64,000 nucleotides of DNA from Gnetum montanum (taxonomy: Eukaryota > Plantae > Gnetophyta): NCBI GenBank assembly GCA_015680685.1, contig MNCI01002242.1, positions 526,792 through 590,791 of the forward strand. Reading direction: 5' to 3'. The notes beneath the pieces are model-generated. The model ran no database searches. It saw only the letters and a program-made list of their open reading frames with translations, and was not told the DNA's origin. The position numbers were made by a program, and so were the translations under genes. The first letter of the stretch is position 1, and every line of letters starts with the position of its first letter. Of the stretch, positions 35,221-47,851 are shown in pieces.

Positions 35221-38200
35221 ATGGTCATGCTCACACATGCCGTAACTGACTGGATCAAATCAGGTTCTCTTCCCCAGAAATTGACAGATCCGAGAAGCCC
35301 CCTAATCTATCTTTAGGTGGCAGGGAATGAGTCGTGCAGAGCTCTTCTGGATTCATGGTTAGGGGTTAATTTGATCTCTCAAGATATGTACAAGAACTGG
35401 AACTTTCCCCCATTAAAGAAGAGCAACATCCAACTCAAGTTAGCATATCAGTCCATCATTGTTCCCTTGGATTTGGTGGAGGACATTGTGACCACCATTT
35501 GTGGGTGGTCCTTTCCTGCTAATTTCCTAGTCATCCATGTAGAGAATTGTAAAGGGAACTTCGCAATCATCATGGGAAGAGCCTAGCTAAGCATGGTGGA
35601 CACATGACTAGGACTCCGAGATCTGTCCCTAGAAATTTCAAAGGAAAATCCTTTTAGGAAGATCAAGAAGAAAAGATTTCCATGTATCGCGTACAGTGAT
35701 TCAGGGTGCAACTGTGTGCAGCAGTTATGGTCCGCTAAGCAGATATCCATTTAAGCATGCAGTCGGTGTACCGAGGAATCACCTATTCAACAGTGCCTAT
35801 ACGCAGCAGCCACTAACTAAGAGGGCACCCAATGGCTGACAGCTGATCCTAATAGCAGCACATTGTGCATGGAACCGTCTGAGGGGCTAGTACAAGCCTA
35901 TGTTGATAGCATGGATGAGATGGAAGTGGTTCATCAACAGATCTCCACTGTTGATGACCAAGATGATTGGGGAACACTACAAATCCCTGAGAGCTTCAAA
36001 CAAGAGCCCCTAGAGCTAAAGTCTTTACTGGCTCACTTGGAATATGCATTCTTGCAAAATGGCAAGCCGGTAATTATTAATGCTACCCTTGCTCCTAAAC
36101 AGAAAAAGAGATTGTTGGGAATGGTAAACAAATGGGTTGCTACATTCGCATGGTCATATCCTGAGTTGACCGGAGTTGATCCCAAGGTTTGCCAGCATCG
36201 AACCTACCTTGACCCTTCCATGAAGCCACGACGACAGCCACAAAGATGGTTGAATCCCAAATTGAAGCAAATCGTAAAAAATGAAATTGAACAATTGCTC
36301 AAGGTGGGATTCATCTATTCTACCACTGATAGCGAATGGGTTAGCCCACTTGTTATCGTAACCAAGAAAGGTGGCAAGTGGAGGGTCTATATTGATTTCT
36401 GGTTGCTCAATATGGTGACCTTCAAGGACCACTTCCCACTCCCATTTGTGGACCAAGTGTTGAACACCATCATAGGACACCGATACTACAATTTTTTGGA
36501 TGGTTATATTGGTTATGACCAAATCCAAATAGCACTAGAGGACCAGGCCAAAATAGCGTTCACAAGTCCATGGGGGACTTTTGCATATAAAAAGATGTCC
36601 TTTGGCCTGTGTAATGCGCCTGCGACATTCCAATGCCTTGTCCTAAGCATCTTTTAGCAACAAATTGGCAATGGTGTAGAAGTCTTCATGGATGACTTCT
36701 CCACCTATAGGATCACGTTCGAGTAAGCCTTGGACCGTCTAGAGTAGGTTCTAAAGAGGTGTGTAGATACCAATCTACTACTCAATTGGCAAAAGAGCCA
36801 TTTGATGGTCCAAGAGGGCATTGTGATGGGGCATCGCATCTCATCAACAGGGATTAGCGTAGACCCTGAAAAGATCAGGGTCATCCAAGGAATCACCCGC
36901 CAACCAAGTACCGTCAAAGATGTTTGGTCATTCCTTGGACACACTAGTTACTACTGGCGTTTCATAGAGTGCTTCTCGAAGATAGCTAGGCCATTGGTAG
37001 AACTTACAAAAAAGGATGCTCTGTTCCTTTGGACCAAGGAATGCGAGTCTGCATTCCAAGCGCTGAAACAGAAACTTGTAGAAGCTTCTTTCTACAGGCA
37101 CCTGATTGGTCCAGACCTTTTCACATTATGAAGGATGCCTCCAACTACGCCTTGGGATCCATGCTTACACAGTGTGATGATTAGAAACGTCCCTATTATA
37201 TCCACTGTGCAAGCCGTAGCATTGTGGGTGCTCAACTGAACTATACCATCACCGAGAAGGAGTTTATGGCGGTGGTGTTTGCCTTGGACAAATTTCGGCA
37301 CTATGTGCTCAGATACAAGGTATTTGTGCACACTGACCAAAGTGCTATTTGGTTCCTGATGAACAAACCAACGGTGAGCCCCCACATAATCCAGTGGCTA
37401 GTGATTCTTCAAGAGTTTGATCTTACCATGGTAGATCAAAAGGGGACCAAGAATGTGGTTGCTGACCACTTGTCTCGGTTACAATGGGATGATGCAGAAG
37501 AGGAGGTGCCCTTATCTGATCAGTTTCCAGATGAACTCCTCTTCACATGCGCCATTGATCCTCAAGCACCCAAGGAATATCCTTGGTTCAACCACATCCT
37601 CACCTACCTTATGACCTAGGAGCTGCCAAAGGAATAGAACCATCGACAGAAACAACAGTTTCTCCATAAGGCCAAGCGTTTCATGGAAATCAATGGCCAC
37701 CTCTACAAGGTGTGTGTAGATGGCTTGGTTCGATGGTGTGTCCCTGATGATGATACACTGCGCGTCCTCCAAGATGCTCACGAGGACCCTTGTGGAGGCC
37801 ACTATGCTGGACGCTGAACAACTAGTAAAATCCTACTTGCAGGGTATTACTGGCCTACACTTTTCAAGGATGCACAATGGTTCGCCCACTCCTGCGAATG
37901 ATGCCAAAGAGATGGTGGGATGTCGGCACGGTTGGAGGGACCTCAACAGTGGATCCAACCACTGGAGCCCTTCAACATCTAGGGTATCGACTTCATGGGG
38001 CCCATTACCCCCTTGTCACATGGAAAGGCATACATCATCGTCACTGTGGACTACTATACAAAGTGGGTAGAAGCAGCAGCCATCATCAACTGTTCTTCCA
38101 ACGCCACCACACGATTTGTCCAGCAAAAAATTGTTACCAGGTTTGGAGTGCCACGTGCACTCATTTCTGACAATGGGACTCACTTCACGGGTGTCACTTT

Positions 38201-38850
38201 TTGAAAACTCATGCAATGCTTAGGGGTAACACATAAATTTACAACACCCTATTACCCCCAAGCCAACAAGTAGGCCGAAGTCACCAATAGGGATATCACC
38301 AAGATCCTTACCCAAACCATTAGCAAATACAAGAGGGATTGGAGTACCAAGCTCAACGATGCCCTATGGGCCTATCGCTCCACTTGGAAACTTCCTGTAG
38401 GGTACTCTCCCTATGAGTTAGTGTACCATAAGTTGCCAAAACTTCCAATCCAAGCAGAACTCTGGACACTATCCACAACTAGTGACCTCGGTCTTGACCT
38501 ATTGCTAGCACAACGTGAACGATTAATCAATTTAAGTGTGCTAGATGAGAACCGACTAGTGGCCCTATTTTCAAATGAAACCCACAAGGCCTATAACAAG
38601 AAACGACATGATCTTAGGATTCAGAAGGTCACATTTCGATGTGGAGACAAGGTATTGTATTGGAACCCCTCACATGTATCCCAACCGACAAAGTTTCAGA
38701 CACTATGGGAGGGATCTTATATTGTCTCCGAAACCTTCTCATCCAGGGCCTTGCTCGTCCACAAACTTGGGGATCCCACTAGAACACAGTTAGTCAACTG
38801 CCAACAACTAAAACCTTTCCATGAGCTCTACACAACTAGTGCCACCGCCT
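35221..38850 (+). pseudogene. pol: Element C pol (PR-RT-RNaseH-integrase)
   Basis: ALLDSWLGVNLI; DSEWVSPLVIVTKKGGKWRVYIDF..DHFPLPF..FGLCNAPATFQ..VFMDDF; NYTITEKEFMAVVFALDKFR; GIDFMGP..VDYYTKWVEA..ISDNGTHF. Confidence 0.95.
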
Positions 38851-38954
38851 CGTCATCAACCGGTCAGCCATGCTCCATTTTTTGTCTCCTCATTTCCACC
38901 CAGTTGTGGGGGAGACCATCATCCCTACTGATCCATTCCCTACTCCCCTCACTG

Positions 38955-39095
38955 TTTTATCATTTTTTTTTTTACAATTTTTTTTTTGTTTTACACCTTT
39001 TTGTTTTACACTTCTTTGCTTTACACTTTTTTTTTTACACTTCTTTGTTTTACACTTTTTTGTTTTATACTTATTGTTTTACACTTTTTTGTCTT
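38955..39095. repeat. T-rich minisatellite (TTTTACAC + T/C tracts) after pol
   Basis: About 8-9 TTTTACAC/TTTTATAC units. Confidence 0.8.
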
Positions 39096-40575
39096 GCACC
39101 ATCGTTCATACATTTGCACATTCTTTGCACATCTTTTCATTTTCTTTAATTATTTTTTATTTTTTGTACTTGTCTATTTTTTTCATGTAATGGCAAATGT
39201 TGTTGTATTGTCTTCAGACATTCGGCACGGTCGATTTTTGTTACGATGGGTACTGTAATAGTGTTCCTCATTATCTGGCTCCTGCCATTGCATGGTTGTC
39301 CTTGGATTTTATGTTGGTTTTACTTCATAAACTCGATAGTGAGTCCATGTCATTCACCCATTCACCGTTCCATGGTTTTCCTTTTGTTGTGCACATGCAA
39401 CCCTTCACTTAAAAACATTTTAACTAATGTGTGACTTGTGTAGTTCCCAACCTGAGGGATGACCCACTGGTTTGAATCGGGTGTGACTTCAAGGGGAATG
39501 CTTTATTCATTATTCTGTTCTATTCCCCGGGTTGCCAATGTGTCCTCACAGATTTCCTCCCACTCCAAGTCTCTCTCCACGGAAACTTCTAGGCAGTTCG
39601 ACCTTGCATGATGTGGTCCTCGAAAAAAATTCAAAAATTCAAAAAAAATAAAGCAAAAACAAAATAAACAAATAAAATGAGGATTCAATGCATACCCCTT
39701 GGTCGAATGCATGTAAACACGCATGGGTCTTCGCATGGTGTGGTTCCCTCGCACAAAAGAAAAGAAAAATGAATCATGGGGGAATTCAAAGCACACCCCT
39801 TAGACCACCTCTCACAAGCCATACGCTTTAGTTATGGGACTTCCTTGGTCCCCTCTAACTTCATCCTATTTTACTTCCTTCTTCTCACGTTTCCTGGAGT
39901 GGTGGTTATCTGTGGGGTCATTCTTGCTTCCTTGGGGGATGGCTGCGACTTCGTTTATTGCTATGATGTCACTGACTTCGGATGGTTTTGGGTCTAACCT
40001 CAGGAAAGGTTCTACCGGGTCACTTAATCACAATCGCACACGGGGTTTCATGTGGCCCACACTCGGAATTTCCATTCTCTCCTTTCCCTTTGTTCCCACT
40101 TCTCTCCGTACTCACCTCACTGCCCTTTTTATGTTTTGTATGTTCTTCGTGTTTTCTATAGGTCTCTCATGTCTTGGCGGGTTCTCTTGGTTTGGAGTCT
40201 TCACAAGTCAACACCAATTCTTGACACTCGGGCCCACGGACCCTGGTGTTGAGGGTATGCAAGGGCTACAAAGGCTGTTGCTTGCTATGGGGAGGACCCA
40301 CCTGCATACTCCTGGTTCTGCCTATTAAGCCTCCCATCCTTTGGATTTCTTGGTTGACTGGTTTCAGTGTCCCATCATTCGCTTCCATCCTCGCAGAGTT
40401 CTTTTTCAATCTCATTCTTCAATTTTGTCTCTTTTTTGTGCTTCATGCCCTTCCTCATGTCATCAGCCATGACCGGGCTTTTCACGCGCTTCAACTGCCT
40501 CAATTTGGGTTTTCAAATTCATCATTTTGGATGTTTTATGGGTTTCTCAACGCTAGTCCATGGGTGAACAGTGTT

Positions 40576-40818
40576 GCGTATACGGGGGGCCCCATATATG
40601 CAGTGCCTGCGTATACACAGCCATGTATACGCGGCCTCGTCGATGCAGTGCCCAACCCCTATATATACCCCTGCTGCACTTTCATTTTTTCATCATTTGG
40701 AGTTCAAATTGAGGGGATTTTTTGTCATTTTTTCTGCCTAACCCTTCCCAACACACCTACATTCCATCACGTGTCTGCATCAACTTGCCCTTGCCCTTTT
40801 ACGCACCCAGAGGTATGC
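40576..40818 (+). promoter_or_regulatory. Putative internal promoter and 5'-UTR splice donor for the accessory ORF
   Basis: GCGTATACGG/GCGTATACAC/TGTATACGCGGCC motifs as in the LTR, TATATATA at 40660 and AG|GTATGC at ~40812. Confidence 0.5.
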
Positions 40819-40932
40819 TCTTAGTCATGGGGGGTGGTGCCTTTGTGTAATTAATTAATTAATTAACTAGTTTGTTAATTATGAAAACTTTGGCCTTAAC
40901 CCCTAACTTAACGCTCCGGGAAACTTAACGGT

Positions 40933-43691
40933 GTGCCTGTNGAGTATGCAAAGTGCTCTCATGCAACTAGGCCCTTCCGTGAAAGACCTGACATGGAATC
41001 TGTTCATCAAATTCCTAAAGAGGAGATTCCTGGCGAGCAATCGCTCAAGGATGAGACTCCTAGGATAGCACCGTGGCTTGAGGTCACCCTGACCCAAGCT
41101 TGCCTTGATGCTATCACGCTGCGCGAGATGCAGCGAATGGTCCTCCAAGAGCTAAATTTTGGACCATTCCTCGAGAACACGCCAAAATATGTGAGGCTCC
41201 AACTGCATAACTCTCTAATGTGGCCAATCATCACAACCAGTGGTGAGTGGTACTTAGGAGAAACTTATCTCTTCTGGTCGAATCGACAACCAGGGTCTAG
41301 AGTAAGAATCAAAGACATTTATGTCTCTTACTCTTTGGAAGAAATAGCACAAGCTCTAGGGTTGCCTGAAACTGGGGTAGATGTGGTAGAAATTCCAAAG
41401 CAGGCTGATCCAGAGGTAAAGGTGTAATGGACCAAATAGTGCTACGGGGTCGAGCGCAAGGAATTCAGCTCCTTGACCACGGCAGAGAGAGTATACTCAA
41501 AGATCGCATCTTACCATTTGAATCCAATGGTAAGACCTAGCAAAATCATAGCCTTCTCTGCTCGTGTGTGTGCCATCTTGAGTGGAAATTTTCCCATGAG
41601 TCTTCCAAAACTACTACTTTTAGAGATTGAAAAGAGGTTCGCTGAGAGGGAACATGGAAGACGAGCTCTCCCCTTTCCCTGCCTAATCTGAAAGTTATGC
41701 AAACGGGCAAGGATAGCATGATACTCTAATGATATCATCCAGCGTGCCCCAATTGCCTCGTGGCGAGAAATGATGAAAGATAAAATGTCTACTGCCACAC
41801 AAACAGAGGAAGAGCAGCAACCACCTTCACCACCTATACAAACAACGCAGTCGGGGTCACAAAACATGGGAGAATACATCCATGAGATCCGAGAAATGCT
41901 CTTGAGCTAGCAAGAGCAATCTGGTAGGACTGGTGGAGGAGAAGACTTTTCGGTCTATCGCCCTACCATGAGCCACCTAGAGCAAGTGGCTCAATCAGTC
42001 AACTTGCTTGAAAGGGTAGGGCCAATATTCTCCATTGCCCAGGCACAAATTCTAACTAGAATAGATCCAAGCATCCGAGATGTATCAACCGCAACTCAAC
42101 AGTTATTCCTCGAAATCTCAAGGAATGTTGCTACCTTCTCGATATGCTTGGAGGATGGTGAAGAGGCGATAGTCCTAGTGATGCAGCACCAAGGATAGGA
42201 AGTTGCAGCTGAAGTGGTTGCTGATACAATTGCTACAGCTCTCAATGCACCAGTAGCACATGTACCAAACATTCATGGACTATAAGATGTACAGGTGTCT
42301 ACCGTAGCAAGATTTGTGCAGCCCAACATGAAGAATTATTGGACCGACTGGTAGAAACCGGGCAACCACTTTTGGATGTCTTCAACCTTCCAGACAACAT
42401 CACTGCAACCCAGTCAGAGTTGCTCTCAGCAAGGGGCAAGAGCCTTATTTTGAAAGGGCAACTAGAAGCTGCTCAAGCCGCTTGTTAGCACTTAGCAACT
42501 GAGGTAGCCCAATTAAGAGCCCAGCTTACCGATCCTGCCATCCTCAACCATGAAATCACCAGAGATGAAGCTTTTCAGTAGCTTCAGCTTAAACTTCAGG
42601 TTGTTGAGGATGTGTGAGAGACGGCAATCCTCGACAAGTCTATAGTAGACGTCCAAGTGTATCACTTAGAAAAGGACTTGGTGGAGGTTCTCCAGGAGAA
42701 TGTGCAGTTGACCATGAAAGTTCATCGCCTACGCAACATTGGTGCAGAGAACGAACACATGAAATATTCCATCCACCAACAGCAGGAGGAGCTAGCCAAG
42801 GTGAACGCAGACATAAGAAGGTTGGCAGCTAAAAATAGAAATCTGTCAATGGAGAAGGTTCAGGCATTGTGACAAAAGTCTATAATCAAAATTTCTTCTT
42901 GGAAAAACAAGGCCCTAAAGTTCAAAAAAGTCAAAAATCATTACAGGGACCAAGTGGGATTGCAGAAGGAGGTAAACAAGAAGCACATTCAAGTTGCCAA
43001 AGCCAAGATGAACCAAGTACTCCAGCAGCTCCAAGAGGGAGGTGATATATGGCCATCTATCTTCAATGGATTGAACACCTACAATAAAGCAGAAATCCGC
43101 CTAAAGGAGCTGCAGATCAAGGAAATGACATAATACATGGAGTTGGCCAACCTTCAATATGCAAACCTAGCTATGCTCACAGCTGAGAGACCGTGGTCAA
43201 AGCTAGAAAAGCAAGTGGGCTCCTTGTATTCCTTATATGAGGGAAAGTTCCAGGTGCACAAGGTAACAAAACAAAAGCTGGCAATAGCAAACGCAGAACT
43301 CGAGGTCCTCCACCCAAGCTTTGAAGGACAACGTACAGTCGCGGAGGACCTAGCCCGAAGAATGAATGACTACTAGCAACTACAGGCATCAATCTGAGCA
43401 TTTGACATTGAATGCAAGCAGTTCACAGCCTGGTTTGTCAACTTAAAAGAACTCATTTCGGCGTTGCCTTGTCCTTGGGAAGTTCCAGTACCAACACACA
43501 TTGGAGAAGCTGCATGGACCGTGAACAACCCCAGAAGTAAAGAAGAAAAAATGAGAGCTCTCTTGGAGGCTTTCCAACTACCTCCAATAGTACCAGCTAC
43601 CACGGGGCTACCAACACCTGTGCCACCACCAACACATGGGCCAGAGGCTAGAGAAGGTCCATTAGAACCACCGCCCCCAAGGATGGTGTGA
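40933..43691 (+). pseudogene. Element C accessory ORF (~900 codons): plant-transposon-protein/env-like domain, coiled coil, Pro-rich tail
   Basis: ORF fragments 40933-41427, 41473-41691 (..IAQALGLP..LPFPCLI*KLC), 41968, 42657, 43137 and 43464-43691; heptad-rich middle region. Confidence 0.8.
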
Positions 43692-43942
43692 TCTTCTCCA
43701 ACAATTTTGTGCATCATCCTACACAGCAGAGGTTCCAGGACCAGCGAGGCATTCAATTTTGTCTCTGAACACCACCATTTCTGTAATTTTTCCCCCTCTA
43801 TAACTCAGGCACTTGGTTAAATTTATGTTGTGTCATGTGTGTGTCATGTATGTGTTTAAGTTATGTGTGTTGTAAATAAGAATCCATACCTTCCAAATTG
43901 TAAAGTAACTTGAGGACAAGTTTTTGCTCAGTCGTGGTGGTA

Positions 43943-44841
43943 TGATGAAGTGTCATTTAGTTAATGCGTCGACTGGGCTACGTATACGCAGCCACGTCGA
44001 CACGGGCCCGTCGACGTAGCCACCCTGTGTCAACGTGGCCTCGTTTACGCAGCCACCTTTCCCAGCCTATAAATAAGAGGGCCTTCTACCTCATTTAGGC
44101 ATATTTTGAGTAGTTTTAGTGAAGCTCTTACAGTTTGTTCTCGCAGGAGATAGAATATTTTCCAAGTGCCTGCAGTAGGTGTAAGAAAAGTAATCGGCTC
44201 CTTATTCAAGTGCTGATGTATTTGAGCCCTTTGGTGTGACGACAATAAAGACGAACTATTCAAGAAATTCTTGCAGCATTTGGACTTAGTTATTTTATGC
44301 AATTAATAGTTTAATATGTTTATGCTTTATTAGTTACTTGTTAATTACTTATGTTTTCGTTATTATAATTTTAATCATTATTGTTCATTCGTAGTTCGTT
44401 AGAGCCATAAGTACGACCATCTCGAACGTAACCCAAACACTTGGTAAGCCCAGTGACACTTAACGTCTGGTAACCCAGAAGTCTTAGGAGATGCTCAAAA
44501 TGTGCTTGGAAGATGGGACTGGATACTTATGCTAGGAGTAGTTAAGATTTAGATTAAGATAATTTTAGATTAATTAATATTCTATCCTTATTTTCCAAGA
44601 TAATTAGTCGCTAAAAAGATAATTAAAAAGATATAAAAATTGTTAGCCTTAGTCTCACTTAACCATCGTAAACAGAACTTCACAAGTGAGATAAGGATGA
44701 CAACGACCGTTCTAACCCAAGGTTTCACTGGTTAGAAATCTGGTGTATGTTAAGTGCTTACAGTCTGTGGATTTCAACCAAGTCGTGCGTGAACGCTCGT
44801 GATTCGTATGGTTGGGCGTAGGGATACCTAGCCGCTCATCA
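43943..44841 (+). repeat. 3' LTR of element C
   Basis: 899 bp; preceded by TGAGGACAAG..GTGGTGGTA. Confidence 0.95.
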
Positions 44842-44846
44842 AGTAG

Positions 44847-45925
44847 AATGAGGGAAATTATGGGAAAGAACAAAGAAGACATATTGAAGATTACTTGTAA
44901 AGCATGGCTTTCTAATTGCATCAATTCAGATCATGCTTGGCATTTAATTTTGGGATTTTCTTATTTCTCTTATAGCTCTATTTTTGTGCAATTTAAAATT
45001 CCATTTGTTTGCCATATAAGAGCTTATGTTGTTTTTGAAAAGCATCTTGAGTAATCTAGTAGTAATGTCTTTATAGAATTGCCTATTCGAATCTAGAGGG
45101 TCTAGAAAATATTTGATACTTTGAGATGACTTGAAATAGCTTCATTTTTATTAAATTTTATTACCTTGATATTTCAATTTTAAACTTGTTAAATCTTTTC
45201 TGATAGCTCTATTATTTGCAATTCTTGACAACTATTAACTAGCCAAATAAAATCTTGTACTTTGACATTTACAAAGCATTTTGGTAGTTTAATAAGGGTG
45301 TCTTTTACAAAATTGCTTATTGGGCTCAGAGAATTTGGATAATTTGTGTTATTTTAGATTGAATTGAAATAGCTTTATGTCAAAGTGTTTCATCATGTTC
45401 AATTTATCTTGCCTAAATGTTTGAGATTTCACACAAATCTACTTTTTTTTCACACAAATATGCTTTTTTTGTTCTTCTCTTTTAAATTCCATTGAATCTC
45501 ACTCTATTTCTAGTTTTCTTGTAGAACTTTCTCTCTAGGGGAATTAGGGGTAGATTTTGGTAGAATTTTGCTCAAGCATTTTTGTGAAATTTTATTTATT
45601 TCAAGTAATGTACTATAGGGACTATGTAGACTAACTTGAAAAAATAGGAATTTTTAATGACTCATAATATTTGACAAAGTTAGCTAAAATTTTTTTTATA
45701 ATAGCTAGTTATAGTTTCATACACAAACCCAACCATTTTAACATTCATAACAACAAACACATATCTACAATTAGTTCACTCCATTGCTATTGAGTTTATT
45801 TGGAGGTATCTAGACCTTGGTATTACCAAAGAGCAGCAAGCACCTAAACCCAAGTTTGAAGGAATACCTTCATTTCCCATTATCCCAATTGTGAGACCAA
45901 AGGAAAATGTTGGTGGTCCCAAAAA
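44847..45925 (+). repeat. Right part of LTR D
   Basis: Positions ~44885-45925 are colinear with ~52930-54004; ends GGTCCCAAAAA versus AGTCCCAAACA. Element B gag resumes immediately afterwards. Confidence 0.75.
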
Positions 45926-47706
45926 ATCACTAACAACTACTCTTCCTTTTTGTCTAAAATCTCTCTTCTTCTTTTTTCCCTTGTCTTTGACAAGAGCCTA
46001 CTCAATTCTCACCTTCAAAATTTTTAGAGTTTTTGTAAACTTCTCATCTACCGAATCTCACATCTTTTCTACCTTTGTTGCAATATTGATCACCAATTTC
46101 TGAATAGGTAGCATTTTCTTTTGTACTACTTTATCCAAGGTTTCCTCCTCTTGTGGATCACATATTTATACATCCCTTTTGCAAATGGATGGATCTCTAT
46201 TGTACTCCTCTGTTGATTCTTTTGTCTTTAATTCGTCCTCTTCCTTTGCCACTTAGTTTATGAGTCGTTGGATTCAATGGACAAACATCTCTGATAATCA
46301 ACCTTGGGCATAAACCCCAAGGGTCTCTCTAGTATTATTTTTGAGTCCACTGATGATGTGCCTTAGTTGCTCCCTTGGAGAAAATTCATGACCTAGGCAC
46401 TTATGTAGGAGTGAATAGTATTTTTCCATTTTCACATCAAGGGATTCATGAGTCCCTTGCTTCCATCCTTGGATTTGTTTCCTAAGGTTTAACACTCATG
46501 AGTAGGTCTGATATTTATCATTGAACAACTCAAGCATAGTAGTCCATCTTCTAATTGATTCTGGTTCCAATGATTTGTACCAATGTTTAGGCTCTTTAAA
46601 GAGTATCCTAAGGAACGACTTGAGTTTTTGCTAATCACTTTCAATGTTTTATAAGACATAGGCATCATGGAAATCTTGAAGGTGGTGTTATGGATCTACA
46701 TTGTATCCACCATCAAATATGGACATGTTATTCATGTCGAGTTGCTTAATACAATTGTCCCTTATGTGCCTAGTCAAGATATAAACAGCTTCCTGTATGT
46801 TGATCATACTTTGACTTGCCAGTAGGGGCTCTTCGCATTACTAGGGTTCATTAGCTCTATTGTAGTAGTGCCTCCTTCAATGCTCATATCTCTCTCCACT
46901 CTCATGTTTATCTCTATTTCTTCTCGATTCATGCTCTTCATCTTCTTCATCATAGTACAATGGGTGATACTCATTTCAATCATGAGTTTGATTCCTTTCC
47001 TTGTCATGGTCTCTATGCTTGTATCTCCTTCTGTTAGAGTCCACCAATGATCATGAGAATGAAGATGATGCTGTGGGAGAATGGTGTTGGCTAGTCCTCC
47101 TTCTGCAACTCTGATATTCTTCTCTTTGTTATCTAGCAAAAGCTCTTGGCCTTGAGTCCTACCCTTCTAGGTTTCTCTGCTAAAGTAGAATGTAGTTGTA
47201 CCCTAGCAAGTTCTTCTAATCAAATAATAGGCGTTTGAGAGTTAACTTCATAATCCTAGTGAAGTTTTTCTGCTATGAATGCATCACCATCTAATTCTTC
47301 TAGGATAACATGGGAGTTGATCTACTTCCCTTTATTATTTTCATGTTTAATCTCCATTGCAACATCTCTCTTCACTTGTGCCTCTGTGGGTTCACAAGGC
47401 CTCATTATGTGTTTGGTCACATGGTACCCTTCTTGTGCATAACTCAAATTCATTCCCCTTAGAGCTGTGTGAAGCATTGTGATTGTTGAATGTTGTGGAG
47501 ATAGAATAATGTTGCCCTGTAAGTCTCTCCTCCTCATTTGCCCATCTTGGTGGAAGATAAAGATTAAATTAGAATAGTAAGGATCATCATGAGCATATGA
47601 TATCCTTGCTTACATTGGCATGCTTCAATCTTCTTCGTCATTTATGTTGTCATTTCCCTTATTTGTCTATCTAGTAGGTGATATTGTATCTTTTGTTGAA
47701 GCCATG
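45926..47706 (-). pseudogene. gag: Element B gag, N-terminal part
   Basis: LNLRKQIQGWKQGTHESLDVKMEKYYSLLHKCLGHEFSPREQL (46298-46495); ORF 47322-47537 is homologous to the C N-terminal extension. Confidence 0.88.
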
Positions 47707-47832
47707 TCTTAGTTATGATGCTTAGTTGGTTAAGTGTTTGTGTTGTTAGAAGTATTAAAAATTAGGAAAATTAACTATCAATTCTTGCTACAACGAACTT
47801 TGTAAAATCAATCACTCAGCACACATTAACTA

Positions 47833-47850
47833 TCCCAAGTAACAACACCA
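47833..47850 (-). promoter_or_regulatory. PBS of element B (decayed tRNA-Asp type)
   Basis: Reverse complement TGGTGTTGTTACTTGGGA next to the LTR. Confidence 0.65.
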
Positions 47851-47851
47851 A

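Larger units (their letters stand above)
31671..44841 (+). mobile_element. LTR element C: full-length (13.2 kb) Athila-like Ty3/gypsy with accessory ORF; apparently the youngest complete element
   Basis: LTRs at 31671-32611 and 43943-44841 (TGATGAAG...CTCATCA); TSD GGTAG/AGTAG; PBS TGGCATTGTTGCCGGGGA; gag-PR-RT-RH-INT with scattered stops. Confidence 0.96.

Noticed and set aside
34373-37802. Antisense ORFs within element C
   Set aside because: Shadows of gag/pol coding sequence with no independent motifs.
38870-39258. Phe/Leu-rich ORFs resembling membrane or envelope proteins
   Set aside because: The hydrophobicity comes from the T-rich minisatellite and appears in all three frames.
39524-39541. 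Partial inverted copy of the PBS (TCCCCGGGTTGCCAATG)
   Set aside because: Short gapped match that could be chance; no counterpart verified in element B.
39776-40824. ORFs of up to 192 aa between pol and the accessory ORF of C
   Set aside because: Pyrimidine-rich spacer with overlapping frames, no motifs and no evident counterpart in element B.
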